Source: an uncultured bacterium (lineage in GTDB: Bacteria; Verrucomicrobiota; Verrucomicrobiia; Verrucomicrobiales; DEV007). Taken from it: DNA of 64,000 nucleotides. Shown here piece by piece: positions 55,560 to 64,000 of this stretch. The notes beneath the pieces are model-generated. The model was not told the DNA's origin. It worked only from the letters and a program-made list of their open reading frames with translations, and did no database searches. The stretch spans positions 16,387-80,386 of the forward strand of contig CAXBMO010000030.1 in assembly GCA_963977015.1 (NCBI GenBank), given 5' to 3'. The position numbers and the translations under genes were made by a program. How positions within the stretch are numbered: position 1 is the first letter of the stretch; every line of letters begins with the position of its first letter.

Positions 55560-57866
55560 TTAGTGCGCCAGGGTGGTGTCGGATTCGTCGATGGAAGTCC
55601 GCTCGTGGCGTATGGCGGGCGTTTTGCCGCGCTCGGGGGGCGAGACGCGCCGACAGCTGCGAAAACGCTTTCCGCCTTCGGTCTCGAATTCGTCAGACTT
55701 GCGAATGACGGCGTAGGCCGTGGCCAACGTGAGATCGAGATCTTCCCGGATTCCGTAGGCCAAGTCGACCAGCGGAAGCACATCGGCCCCGGCGTCGTCG
55801 AACTTCTGATGCAGCCAATCGTGAACGGGTTGGGTGCAGCTGGGCCAACGTCCTCTTTGCTTGGGAGGATTGAGATGGGGATCCTCCAGCGAATTGAACA
55901 TGGCAACCCAGCCGTCGTCTGCGGGTTGAAGGTCCAACGCGGGATGAAAGCGGAGGGCTTTCCTGGCTTCCCGGGCGGAAAGGCCGGTGGCCTCGCTGAG
56001 GGACGCCTGAAGTGCCTGAAAATCGATCGTCTTGGACTCCGCTTCAGCGAAGAGGGACAACAGGAACTCGGTCAGCGCGACCGATGAAAGGCTTGCCGGG
56101 CCTTCGTTCCAATCGGCGAGGCTCCAGGAATCGCCTCCGTGCGCAACAAAGCGACCGGCGGCCTCTTTGAGTGCCTGGCGGATGGTCTTGACCGAATGTC
56201 GCTGCCACGGTGGCAGGCTTTTGACGAGTTCGAGCGAGCGCAACGGCTCCCCGGACGTTTGCAGCGCGGTTTGCGCATACTCTTCCAGCTGCGGCTGCTG
56301 CCGAGCCATCCAGCTTTGATGCGCCCAGTAACCGGTGCGTCCGACGGCCACGAGTTGATCAAGATAGGCAAGCCGCTTGCTCAGACTGGAATTGGTCATC
56401 GATTCAACCGGTGAATCGGGACTGAGGGTGAGAATCCGTTCGCGAATGTCGCGCAGATGCAGAGGCTTACCGGCGGTTCTCAGTATGCGGGCGGCTTGCC
56501 GGGCGAACGAAAGCTTGGTGAACCGAAAATCGAACTGCCCATCCGGAGTGGTTTCAATGTGCTTGGAAAACCGGATGACTTCGAGGAGTTCGTTCGCCTG
56601 AATCGCCATGTCCCGGTTGAGATGGGCGTTCGCGGCTTTGAGCAGTGAATCGGCGGGAAGCGGTTCGGGGGCCTCCTTGAGCGCCTTTTGCACTGCCATC
56701 ATGCGCCGGTAATGACGGTCGCGTTCGGCAATGGCGAGGTTGGGAGGATAAAGCGTCGGGGGAAGGCGGGGATTCGATGAAATGATGGCCTCGAACTCGA
56801 AAAGCTCGGTGAACAGCGTCGCATATTGGTTCACGAACGATTCCGGCACGTCCCAGAGACTGCTGAGTTCCCTGAGCCATTCCGGGAGCTTCCAAATGTG
56901 GTTGCCGAAGGTGGCAAAGTGATCGCGAGTGCGCTGCGCGGAGATCTCCAGCTCGGTTCGAAAGCGAAATGGCAACTGCTCGTAGTTCGAGTGAAACAAG
57001 CCATTGCGAAGGGCCGACAGGATGCTGTCTTCGAGCTGCCGAACCCGTTCCCGCGTGATTCCATAGCGCTGGCTGATTTGTTCCAGGGTTGGTCGTTCCG
57101 GCCGAGGCAACAGCAAGCGATCCCGCGCGATTTCGACGCCGCGGTTTTGGCTGGTCAGGGCACCGATGCGCAGGACGACGTCCGGCAAACACCGCTCCAA
57201 CTGCTGTTGCTGGGACGCCCTTTGTTTTTTCCTGGGCAGAATCTCGTGCCCGAGGTCGTTCGCGATCTGGATCCAGTCGACGTGACCGTCCTGATTGATG
57301 GCGAGGGAGAGACGTTGGGCCGATTCCTCGATTTCCCGGAGCTTTGACTTGCCGATACCGGGAAGTTCGCTCGGCAACCCGTTCGCGAAGAAGCGAATGA
57401 ACTCCCCAACCTGGTGGATCTCGAACTTGCGGAGCAGGAGATGGGCGCGAGAGAGGTGCAAGGATCCGATGTCGCGGGAGCGTTCCGCGGGGCAAAGTCG
57501 ATCGAATTCCGGGCCCGCAATGTAAAGCCGGGTGACGCCGCCGATCGTTGGATCATGGGCAAAACGGGTCCAGTAAACCCGGTGAGTTCCAGGCTCAAGG
57601 TAACGTTGCAGCGTGGAGAGGCGCGCGGGAACTTCCACCGGGACCTTGCTTCCAAACCGCTTTCGCTTGGTGATATCGCCACTCTTCCACGCGTCGATGA
57701 CGTCGCCGACGTTGGAAAGGCCTGCCCGGCGAAGGGCATTGAGAGAGGGAGGGGATAGCTGAAGAATGTCGTAGGGGCGCGCGCGATCGGCATCCACCAA
57801 TTTCGACAGGTTCGAGTCATGGTAGCTGGGAGCGTTTTGCTGCGCTTTTACGAGATTCTTTGTCAC
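55560..57866 (-). CDS. Multi-HTH protein: two RNAP alpha-CTD-like domains, sigma70 region 4 and HARE-HTH-like repeats
   Basis: LQLSPPSLNALRRAGLSNVGDV; LPGIGKSKLREI; TLEQISQRYGITRERVRQLE; ILRTAGKPLHLRDI...GYWAHQSW. Confidence 0.75.
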   Translation of the reverse strand: MTKNLVKAQQNAPSYHDSNLSKLVDADRARPYDILQLSPPSLNALRRAGLSNVGDVIDAWKSGDITKRKRFGSKVPVEVPARLSTLQRYLEPGTHRVYWTRFAHDPTIGGVTRLYIAGPEFDRLCPAERSRDIGSLHLSRAHLLLRKFEIHQVGEFIRFFANGLPSELPGIGKSKLREIEESAQRLSLAINQDGHVDWIQIANDLGHEILPRKKQRASQQQQLERCLPDVVLRIGALTSQNRGVEIARDRLLLPRPERPTLEQISQRYGITRERVRQLEDSILSALRNGLFHSNYEQLPFRFRTELEISAQRTRDHFATFGNHIWKLPEWLRELSSLWDVPESFVNQYATLFTELFEFEAIISSNPRLPPTLYPPNLAIAERDRHYRRMMAVQKALKEAPEPLPADSLLKAANAHLNRDMAIQANELLEVIRFSKHIETTPDGQFDFRFTKLSFARQAARILRTAGKPLHLRDIRERILTLSPDSPVESMTNSSLSKRLAYLDQLVAVGRTGYWAHQSWMARQQPQLEEYAQTALQTSGEPLRSLELVKSLPPWQRHSVKTIRQALKEAAGRFVAHGGDSWSLADWNEGPASLSSVALTEFLLSLFAEAESKTIDFQALQASLSEATGLSAREARKALRFHPALDLQPADDGWVAMFNSLEDPHLNPPKQRGRWPSCTQPVHDWLHQKFDDAGADVLPLVDLAYGIREDLDLTLATAYAVIRKSDEFETEGGKRFRSCRRVSPPERGKTPAIRHERTSIDESDTTLAH

Positions 57867-58060
57867 TATAACTATCGTGTCATCCAGAAAGTAAGGTAAT
57901 ATTAGCTAATTGGGGATTGCTTCCATGCAAGCGCTTTTTGGCATTGTGTTAGAGCGCTGGGCTGTCGAAGATGACAGAACGGACGCTTTTTGCGCGATCG
58001 TAAGGATTCCGATTGGTTTGCTACCAACTGGAAAGCGGAAATTCCCCAACCACCACTGAC

Positions 58061-60046
58061 ATGGCAGATCCCAATACCCCTGAAATGAACGACGTGATTG
58101 GCGACGTCGATTTGAACGAACTGATTGAGCAACTGCGCAATCTCTTCGAGATTCGCGATCGCAAATATGGAATCCCGCCAAAGGTTTACACCAAATGCTT
58201 TGTCGGGAAAGACGCCGTGGATTTGTTGGTTTCCCATGAGATTGCCGTGGACCGGGAAGACGCCGTTCGGATCGGCGATCTCTTGCTCAACGAAGGCGTC
58301 TTTCATCACGTTTTGAAGGAACACTCGTTCAAGGATGAGAAGCTCTTCTACCGCTTCAAAGAGGACGAAGATCATGGCGAAGTGGCCAAAAACCTGGAAG
58401 GACAGCCGGTGAGTTGGGCGGACTTTCTCGCTCCGGGCATGCTTTCGAAGAGTGAGGTTTCCCTGCAGCCCGGGATACCGGAGCGCGATCCGAATCTCGC
58501 CGAATTTCTTCAGGATGAATTGGATTCCATCGGGATCGCTCCGTTGGACGAGCACAACGTTGCGTTGTTGGACAACACCCATCCCAAAGAATGGCTGGAT
58601 CCCGATCCCGCCAAGAAATACAATCTGGTGGTGATTGGCGCCGGAGCTGGTGGGCTCGTAACCGCAGCGGGGTCAGCGGGCGTCGGTGCCCGGGTTGCCC
58701 TGATTGAGTCGCACCTGCTCGGGGGCGATTGCCTAACCGTTGGGTGTGTGCCTTCAAAGGCGTTGATCAGCGCCGCGCGAGTGGCGGCCACGGCCAGAAA
58801 CGCCGCGGAGTTTGGCGTCAACACGGGGGAAGTGACCGTCGATTTTCCCAGGGTGATGGAACGCCTTCGCCGATTGCGCGCCGGGATTTCTCCGGTCGAT
58901 TCCGCAGAGCGGTTTACCAGGGAGCTCGGTGTCGATGTCTACATGGGGCGGGCGAAATTCACCGGGCCGAACACGGTCGAAGTGAATGGAAAGACGCTCA
59001 CCTTTGCCAAAGCGGTTGTCGCCACGGGAGGGACCGCCGCGATTCCGCCGATTGAAGGGTTGGCTGAAGCTCCCTACCTAACCAACGCAAATGTTTTCAA
59101 CCTGACGGAACTTCCTCAGCGGTTCGGAGTGATCGGAGCTGGCCCGATCGGGATGGAGCTCGCGCAGTGTTTCCAACGGTTCGGCGCCGACGTTACCGTG
59201 TTTTCCCGTCAGGACGGCATTCTGCCCAAGGAAGATCCTGACGCGGCGAAAATCGTGGAGGATTCCATGCGCAAAGACGGAGTCCATTTCGTCTTCAACA
59301 CGAATTATAAGAGAGTGGAGAGCGATGGGCCGGGAAACCCGGTCACGGTCGTCTACGAACAAGATGGTGAAGAGAAGTCGATCGAGTTTGACGGTTTGTT
59401 GATTGCCGCCGGAAGAAAGCCCAATGTGAAGGGACTGGGATTGGAAGAGGTCGGTGTCGAATACGATCCGCGAATGGGCGTGACCGTGGATGACAACCTG
59501 CGAACGACGAACTCAAGCATTTTTGCGGTGGGCGACGTGGCGAGCAAATATCAGTTCACCCACATGGCCGATTTCATGGCGCGCATTGTGATTCGAAACG
59601 CGCTCTTTTTTGGAAAGGACAAGTTCTCAGACTTGTTGATTCCCTGGTCGACTTATACCGATCCCGAAATCGCTCATGTCGGCCTTTACGAGAAGGACCT
59701 GGAAGAGAAGGGAATCGAATATACAACGATCAAGAAGCCGTTTGAGCATCTGGATCGGGCCATCCTCGAGGGAGAAACGGAAGGTTTTGTAAAACTCCAT
59801 TTGAAGAAGGGATCGGACAAGATTCTGGGCGCGACGATCGTCGGGCCGCACGCGGGAGACCTGATCAGCGAGATCAGTGTGGCGATCAAAGCTGAAATGG
59901 GGCTGGGTTCGCTCGCCGGAGTGATTCATCCGTATCCGACGCTGGCGGAGTCGATTCGACAGGCGGGCGATCTCTACAACAAGACGCGTCTCACTCCGAC
60001 CGTGAAGAAGATTTTCAATCGTTTGACGGCTTTGCAGCGGATGTGA
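58061..60046 (+). CDS. DEP domain fused to a MerA/LpdA-like pyridine nucleotide-disulfide oxidoreductase
   Basis: DEP: IRDRKY...YTKCFVGKDAVDLL...REDAVRIGDLLLNEGVFHHV...FKDEKLFYRF; reductase: GAGAGG, GGDCLTVGCVPSK, HPYPT. Confidence 0.9.
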   Translation: MADPNTPEMNDVIGDVDLNELIEQLRNLFEIRDRKYGIPPKVYTKCFVGKDAVDLLVSHEIAVDREDAVRIGDLLLNEGVFHHVLKEHSFKDEKLFYRFKEDEDHGEVAKNLEGQPVSWADFLAPGMLSKSEVSLQPGIPERDPNLAEFLQDELDSIGIAPLDEHNVALLDNTHPKEWLDPDPAKKYNLVVIGAGAGGLVTAAGSAGVGARVALIESHLLGGDCLTVGCVPSKALISAARVAATARNAAEFGVNTGEVTVDFPRVMERLRRLRAGISPVDSAERFTRELGVDVYMGRAKFTGPNTVEVNGKTLTFAKAVVATGGTAAIPPIEGLAEAPYLTNANVFNLTELPQRFGVIGAGPIGMELAQCFQRFGADVTVFSRQDGILPKEDPDAAKIVEDSMRKDGVHFVFNTNYKRVESDGPGNPVTVVYEQDGEEKSIEFDGLLIAAGRKPNVKGLGLEEVGVEYDPRMGVTVDDNLRTTNSSIFAVGDVASKYQFTHMADFMARIVIRNALFFGKDKFSDLLIPWSTYTDPEIAHVGLYEKDLEEKGIEYTTIKKPFEHLDRAILEGETEGFVKLHLKKGSDKILGATIVGPHAGDLISEISVAIKAEMGLGSLAGVIHPYPTLAESIRQAGDLYNKTRLTPTVKKIFNRLTALQRM

Positions 60047-60075
60047 GGGGGAACTCCCAAAGGCCCTGCCTTTGC

Positions 60076-60103
60076 TTGACCGCATCGGTGAAGTCCTTAT
60101 GTT
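60076..60103 (+). promoter_or_regulatory. Sigma70 promoter of lysA
   Basis: TTGACC, 16-nt spacer, TATGTT. Confidence 0.55.
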
Positions 60104-60121
60104 GGCCGCCCATTAACGATC

Positions 60122-61414
60122 ATGCACTCATTTCATTTTCAGGACGGTCATTTGCATTGTGAAAACGTGGATCTTCAGCAACTGGCGAAGAAACACGGCA
60201 CTCCCCTTTACGTCTACAGTGCGGGAACGATCCGGGACCACTATCAGCGGCTCGACTCAGCCTTGGGTGACCTGGATCACCTGATTTGTTACGCCACCAA
60301 GGCGAACTCGAATCTGGCCGTGCTCAGCCTGTTGGCGAAAATGGGATCGGGGTTCGACATCGTGTCAGCCGGCGAATTGTATCGCATCAAGAAGGCGGGC
60401 GGAGATCCTGGAAAATGCACCTTCGCCGGGGTGGGCAAAACGCGCAGCGAAATCGAGTACGCCATCAACGAGGGAATCTACTGTTTCAACGCAGAGTCCG
60501 AAGCGGAAGTCAGCTTCATCAATGAAGTGGCCGGACAACTCGGCAAGGTGGCTCCGGTGGCGTTGCGGGTGAATCCCAATGTTGACGCCAAGACCCACAA
60601 ATACATCTCGACCGGCAAGAGCGAGAACAAGTTTGGAATCGATTTTGAAGTCATTCGCGACGCTTACGAGCGAACCTCGAAGCTGCCGAACGTTTCGATT
60701 CGTGGCCTGCAAATGCACATCGGATCCCAGCTCACCAGCATCAATCCCTTCATCGAAGCGGTGGAGAAAGTGGCTCCGTTGGTGGAAGAGTTCCAGAAAG
60801 CCTACGGCATCGAATTCTGGAGTATCGGCGGCGGAATCGGAATCATCTACGAAAACTCCCTCGCGAGTGGGGATCAGTCCTGGTGGAGCCGCCAGGGTGA
60901 GGACACGCGCCCTCTAACGATCGAGCAATACGCGCAGAACCTCGTTCCCAAGATCAAGGACCTGGGGCTCAAGATCGTGGTGGAGCCTGGACGATACATG
61001 GTCGGAAACGCGGGCGTCATGATCACCGAAGTCGTTTATGAAAAGCGTGGCTCGGCGAAGGTCTTTCAGATTGTCGATGCCGGAATGAACGACCTCATTC
61101 GCCCCGCGCTTTATCAGGGGCATCACGATATCGTCCCCTTGATTGAGCCGAAGACTTCGGAAACGGAGAAGATCGATGTGGTCGGCCCCGTCTGCGAAAG
61201 CGGCGACTTCTTCGCCCAGGATCGCGAGCTCCCCAAGCTTTCCTCCGGCGACTTCATCGCCCTCATGAGCAGCGGCGCCTACGGCTTCGTCATGGCCTCC
61301 AACTACAACTCGCGCCCCTTCCCGGCCGAGATCCTCGTCGATGGAGACGCCGCCCACGTCATTCGCAAGCGGCAGACGTTTGACGATTTGATTGCCGGCG
61401 AGATCATCCCGTAA
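60122..61414 (+). CDS. lysA: Diaminopimelate decarboxylase
   Basis: GTPLYVYS, YATKAN, HIGSQ, EPGRY, GPVCESGD, GAYGFVMASNYNSRP. Confidence 0.97.
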   Translation: MHSFHFQDGHLHCENVDLQQLAKKHGTPLYVYSAGTIRDHYQRLDSALGDLDHLICYATKANSNLAVLSLLAKMGSGFDIVSAGELYRIKKAGGDPGKCTFAGVGKTRSEIEYAINEGIYCFNAESEAEVSFINEVAGQLGKVAPVALRVNPNVDAKTHKYISTGKSENKFGIDFEVIRDAYERTSKLPNVSIRGLQMHIGSQLTSINPFIEAVEKVAPLVEEFQKAYGIEFWSIGGGIGIIYENSLASGDQSWWSRQGEDTRPLTIEQYAQNLVPKIKDLGLKIVVEPGRYMVGNAGVMITEVVYEKRGSAKVFQIVDAGMNDLIRPALYQGHHDIVPLIEPKTSETEKIDVVGPVCESGDFFAQDRELPKLSSGDFIALMSSGAYGFVMASNYNSRPFPAEILVDGDAAHVIRKRQTFDDLIAGEIIP

Positions 61415-64000
61415 CCCGCGCCCGGATCGCCGCCATCTGTTCCCGCGCCCAGGTTTCCGGCTCCACGTCATCCGGTAGCGGCTCGCAAATCCACTCTTGC
61501 CAAAATCTTGGTAGGTATTCGAGCGCCCCTTCCTCAACGGCCATGAACCATGCGACTTTCGCCACTCCGCCATACCGGCGTAGGGTTTCCGTTGCCGTCA
61601 GATTCTTGTTTTCGGCATTGAATTTCTTACACCGCTTCTTCCACATTGCTTGCCATTGCCTTTCGCTAAGGAAGCCATCGCGTTTTCCAAATAACTTGTG
61701 TTTCGATTTTAGCTTCCCGCTGGAATGTCGGTAGATGATGAGCGAATCGTTGTCGCGCACACACGTGTCTTGCCCGGGAGCCGGTTGGCTCACCAGATTC
61801 ATCTCAAGCAGGCAATACTCACTTTCCAAATAGCTCTTCCCCATCACCGCGAGAACGATGTCAGTTTTTGCAATGTGGTCCATTAGCTCAGATATGGTTT
61901 TCCAACTTTGTTGATTGGCGTAGTGGACAACACGATCCTTTCCAAACACCCGGATCGCCTCAGCATGCAAGGCATCCGCACACGCCCGGATTTGAGGCCG
62001 CTCCGGATCAAGGCCCGAAACGGAAAACGCTATCTTTCCCTCTGTCACCTCTTCACGCGATCCTGCCACCGCTTGAATGGTTGATGAATTCGAATCTCCT
62101 TTCTCTGGCGTCTCGATAATCTCCAGCCGCCGCAACTCGCGTTCCAACGCGGATCGCATCGCATCCACCGCGCCATAGATCTTCACCACCAGCGTCCCGC
62201 CATACTGCTTGGGATCATCCTGGGTCCATTCCAGAAACGCGGCGGACGGTTCGCCCCGTTCCTTCGAGCTTTCGATGAAGGCCCCGTATTTCCACAAAAT
62301 CGCCTTCCGGCTGAAACTTTGCCCAATATTGATGAGCAAGGCCAGGATCGCTTCCGCCCCGAGATGCCGATCCTGGAGCTGGGGGAACTCGAAGGCCGGC
62401 TCGCCCCAATGCGCCATGCGCTGCTCCAATCGCTCCCGATACGCCAGCCGCGTCGGCAGATACTGCGGCGCGAGGTAGAGGGGTTCCCCATGCTTCGTTT
62501 CCTTGGCCCGCAAAAGTTGCACCGCGATCCTGCAGCTTTCCATGAAGCTGAGAAAGAGCGCCTGTTCCTCCGCATCGTAGCCATCTTCCTCCCACGCCCA
62601 TTTCCGCAAATTCGATGGCGTGAACCGGCCCTCCTGCATCGTGAGGTGATCGCGACAACGGCGGCGATCGAAGAGGGTGTAGATCCCCTCCAACGCCCAG
62701 GTTTGATCCACGATGATCCGGTCCGGCATCCGTTCCGCGTCATGGTAAACCACTCCGGCGTGATGGAGAAAATCGAGGAGATGGCTCGGATCGGACGCGT
62801 CGCTCGAACCGGGGATGTGGTTCGCGACGAGATCGGCGAATTGCGCTCGCGAAAGTAGCTTCGATTGGCAATCGAAGTCGACTGCACTCGCGGGTTCCGA
62901 CGTCGATTGCCAATCGACGCTACGTTGCAACGCCTCGATCACCCGAATCCGCCCCTTCGGCTGTCGTCGCTTCTCCGGCCCGCCCAGCATCCGCAACGCG
63001 GCTTGTCCAATCCACAGCCGCAAGGCATCGCGCTTTTCCCGAAACGGCTTGTTCGTCTCCCAAGCCGCAGCGCTGAACTCGAAAGCCGTCAGCTCGCGAT
63101 GCCCCGCCTCCGCCTGCTCCCGCCAATCCAGCGAATGATGCCGCCCCGCCACATGCTTCAGCTCCGCCTTATTCCGCACAATCACCACCTCCGCCTTCGG
63201 GTTGAGCGAATCCACCTGATCCAGCCAATACTGCAACGGCCGGTGCGGATCATCCTCCTCCCCGTCGTCCCATCGCTCCTGCGCGCTCCACACAATCACG
63301 AAAATCGCCCGGCTCCGCATAAAAAGCCGGTGGGTGTTGTGAAACAGATCCTGCCCGCCGAAATCCCAGAACTGCAGGTTCATCTCCACCGCGTCCGCTC
63401 CGTCCATCACCGGCCACTGCCCATCCCAATGGCGAATCCCGTGGGTCGAATTCTCGTTGGGATCGTGAGGATCGCCCCGCAGCGCCTTCACCAAGGACGT
63501 CTTCCCGACGCGTCCATTGCCCAGAACGATCACCTTGCACTGATGCCACTCCTCCGCCTCCTGCTCCTCCAGAGCCTGAAAATAGGCCCGAATTTTTGGA
63601 GCGGCGTTATCGGTATACGATTCGCCGAGAAGCTCGGCTGGTAGATGATCGATCGGGCATCCGTAGAGAATCAAATTTTCCAACGTGGGTGATAACGGAA
63701 GGAGCGGCCCGAGGTCGCCCACCTGTCCGCAGCCCCACAGGTCGAGGGAGGTGAGGGCGCTGAGCCCGGCCAGCGGCCCGAGGTCGCCCACCTGTCCGCA
63801 GCCCCCAAGGTCGAGGGAGGTGAGGGCGCTGAGCCCGGCCAGCGGCCCGAGGTCGCCCACCTGTCCGCAGCCCCCAAGGTCGAGGGAGGTGAGGGCGCTG
63901 AGCCCGGCCAGCGGCCCGAGGTCGCCCACCTGTCCGCAGCCCCCAAGGTCGAGGGAGGTGAGGGCGCTGAGCCCGGCCAGCGGCCCGAGGTCGCCCACCT
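61404..64000 (-). CDS. Roco protein, LRR-Roc-COR-TIR (5' end lies beyond the window)
   Basis: 23-aa LRRs; Roc GNGRVGKTSL, WDFGGQD, VRNKA; COR FLHHAGVVY...VDQTWALEGIYTLFDR; TIR-like IVLAVMGKSYLESEYCLLEM. Confidence 0.92.
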   Translation of the reverse strand, partial: VGDLGPLAGLSALTSLDLGGCGQVGDLGPLAGLSALTSLDLGGCGQVGDLGPLAGLSALTSLDLGGCGQVGDLGPLAGLSALTSLDLWGCGQVGDLGPLLPLSPTLENLILYGCPIDHLPAELLGESYTDNAAPKIRAYFQALEEQEAEEWHQCKVIVLGNGRVGKTSLVKALRGDPHDPNENSTHGIRHWDGQWPVMDGADAVEMNLQFWDFGGQDLFHNTHRLFMRSRAIFVIVWSAQERWDDGEEDDPHRPLQYWLDQVDSLNPKAEVVIVRNKAELKHVAGRHHSLDWREQAEAGHRELTAFEFSAAAWETNKPFREKRDALRLWIGQAALRMLGGPEKRRQPKGRIRVIEALQRSVDWQSTSEPASAVDFDCQSKLLSRAQFADLVANHIPGSSDASDPSHLLDFLHHAGVVYHDAERMPDRIIVDQTWALEGIYTLFDRRRCRDHLTMQEGRFTPSNLRKWAWEEDGYDAEEQALFLSFMESCRIAVQLLRAKETKHGEPLYLAPQYLPTRLAYRERLEQRMAHWGEPAFEFPQLQDRHLGAEAILALLINIGQSFSRKAILWKYGAFIESSKERGEPSAAFLEWTQDDPKQYGGTLVVKIYGAVDAMRSALERELRRLEIIETPEKGDSNSSTIQAVAGSREEVTEGKIAFSVSGLDPERPQIRACADALHAEAIRVFGKDRVVHYANQQSWKTISELMDHIAKTDIVLAVMGKSYLESEYCLLEMNLVSQPAPGQDTCVRDNDSLIIYRHSSGKLKSKHKLFGKRDGFLSERQWQAMWKKRCKKFNAENKNLTATETLRRYGGVAKVAWFMAVEEGALEYLPRFWQEWICEPLPDDVEPETWAREQMAAIRARVTG
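63703..64000 (-). repeat. 69-nt tandem coding repeat, four full copies plus a partial copy
   Basis: Units start at 63703, 63772, 63841, 63910 and 63979; identical except for 2 nt in the first; encode LGPLAGLSALTSLDLGGCGQVGD. Confidence 0.97.

Noticed and set aside
58061-60046. Calling the reductase merA (mercury resistance)
   Set aside because: Lacks the C-terminal vicinal cysteines and metal-binding N-domain; no mer operon genes nearby
63703-64000. CRISPR array
   Set aside because: Repeats are contiguous without unique spacers, are a multiple of 3, and encode LRRs; no cas genes

Overview
A GC-rich bacterial chromosomal window. The gene content (DUF1501, DUF1592, DUF1080, SHD1 proteins, kinase-type ECF sigma) points to the PVC superphylum, most likely Verrucomicrobiota; this is an inference. 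Core genes are infC, thrS, coaX, trmB, queC, queF, a class I DAHP synthase, ychF and lysA, interspersed with accessory genes. The most notable structure is about 3.25-16.1 kb. Three diverged copies of the 3' end of one DUF1501 gene bracket two cargo blocks: (i) a CHASE2-cyclase / Ser-Thr kinase / FecR / SHD1-LRR / ECF sigma signalling cluster, and (ii) an AcrB fragment plus an integron-type cassette unit (promoter, attI-like site, DUF2971 cassette with a clear attC, second cassette) with no integrase in the window. Other highlights: a structured, possibly pseudoknotted leader of about 330 nt upstream of an ATC-start infC; many genes with a -10 box 6-7 nt from the start codon (leaderless-mRNA signature); a palindromic REP-like insertion translated in frame inside a gene; a TetR-operator-linked redox cluster with a CxxC-tailed ECF sigma; an active plus pseudo-protease Deg pair; a DEP-domain/disulfide reductase fusion; a SLOG-SLATT protein; and a Roco-TIR protein with near-identical 69-nt LRR repeats running off the window end. 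No rRNA, tRNA, CRISPR array or integrase/transposase gene was recognised. All calls come from manual motif reading; no database searches were run.
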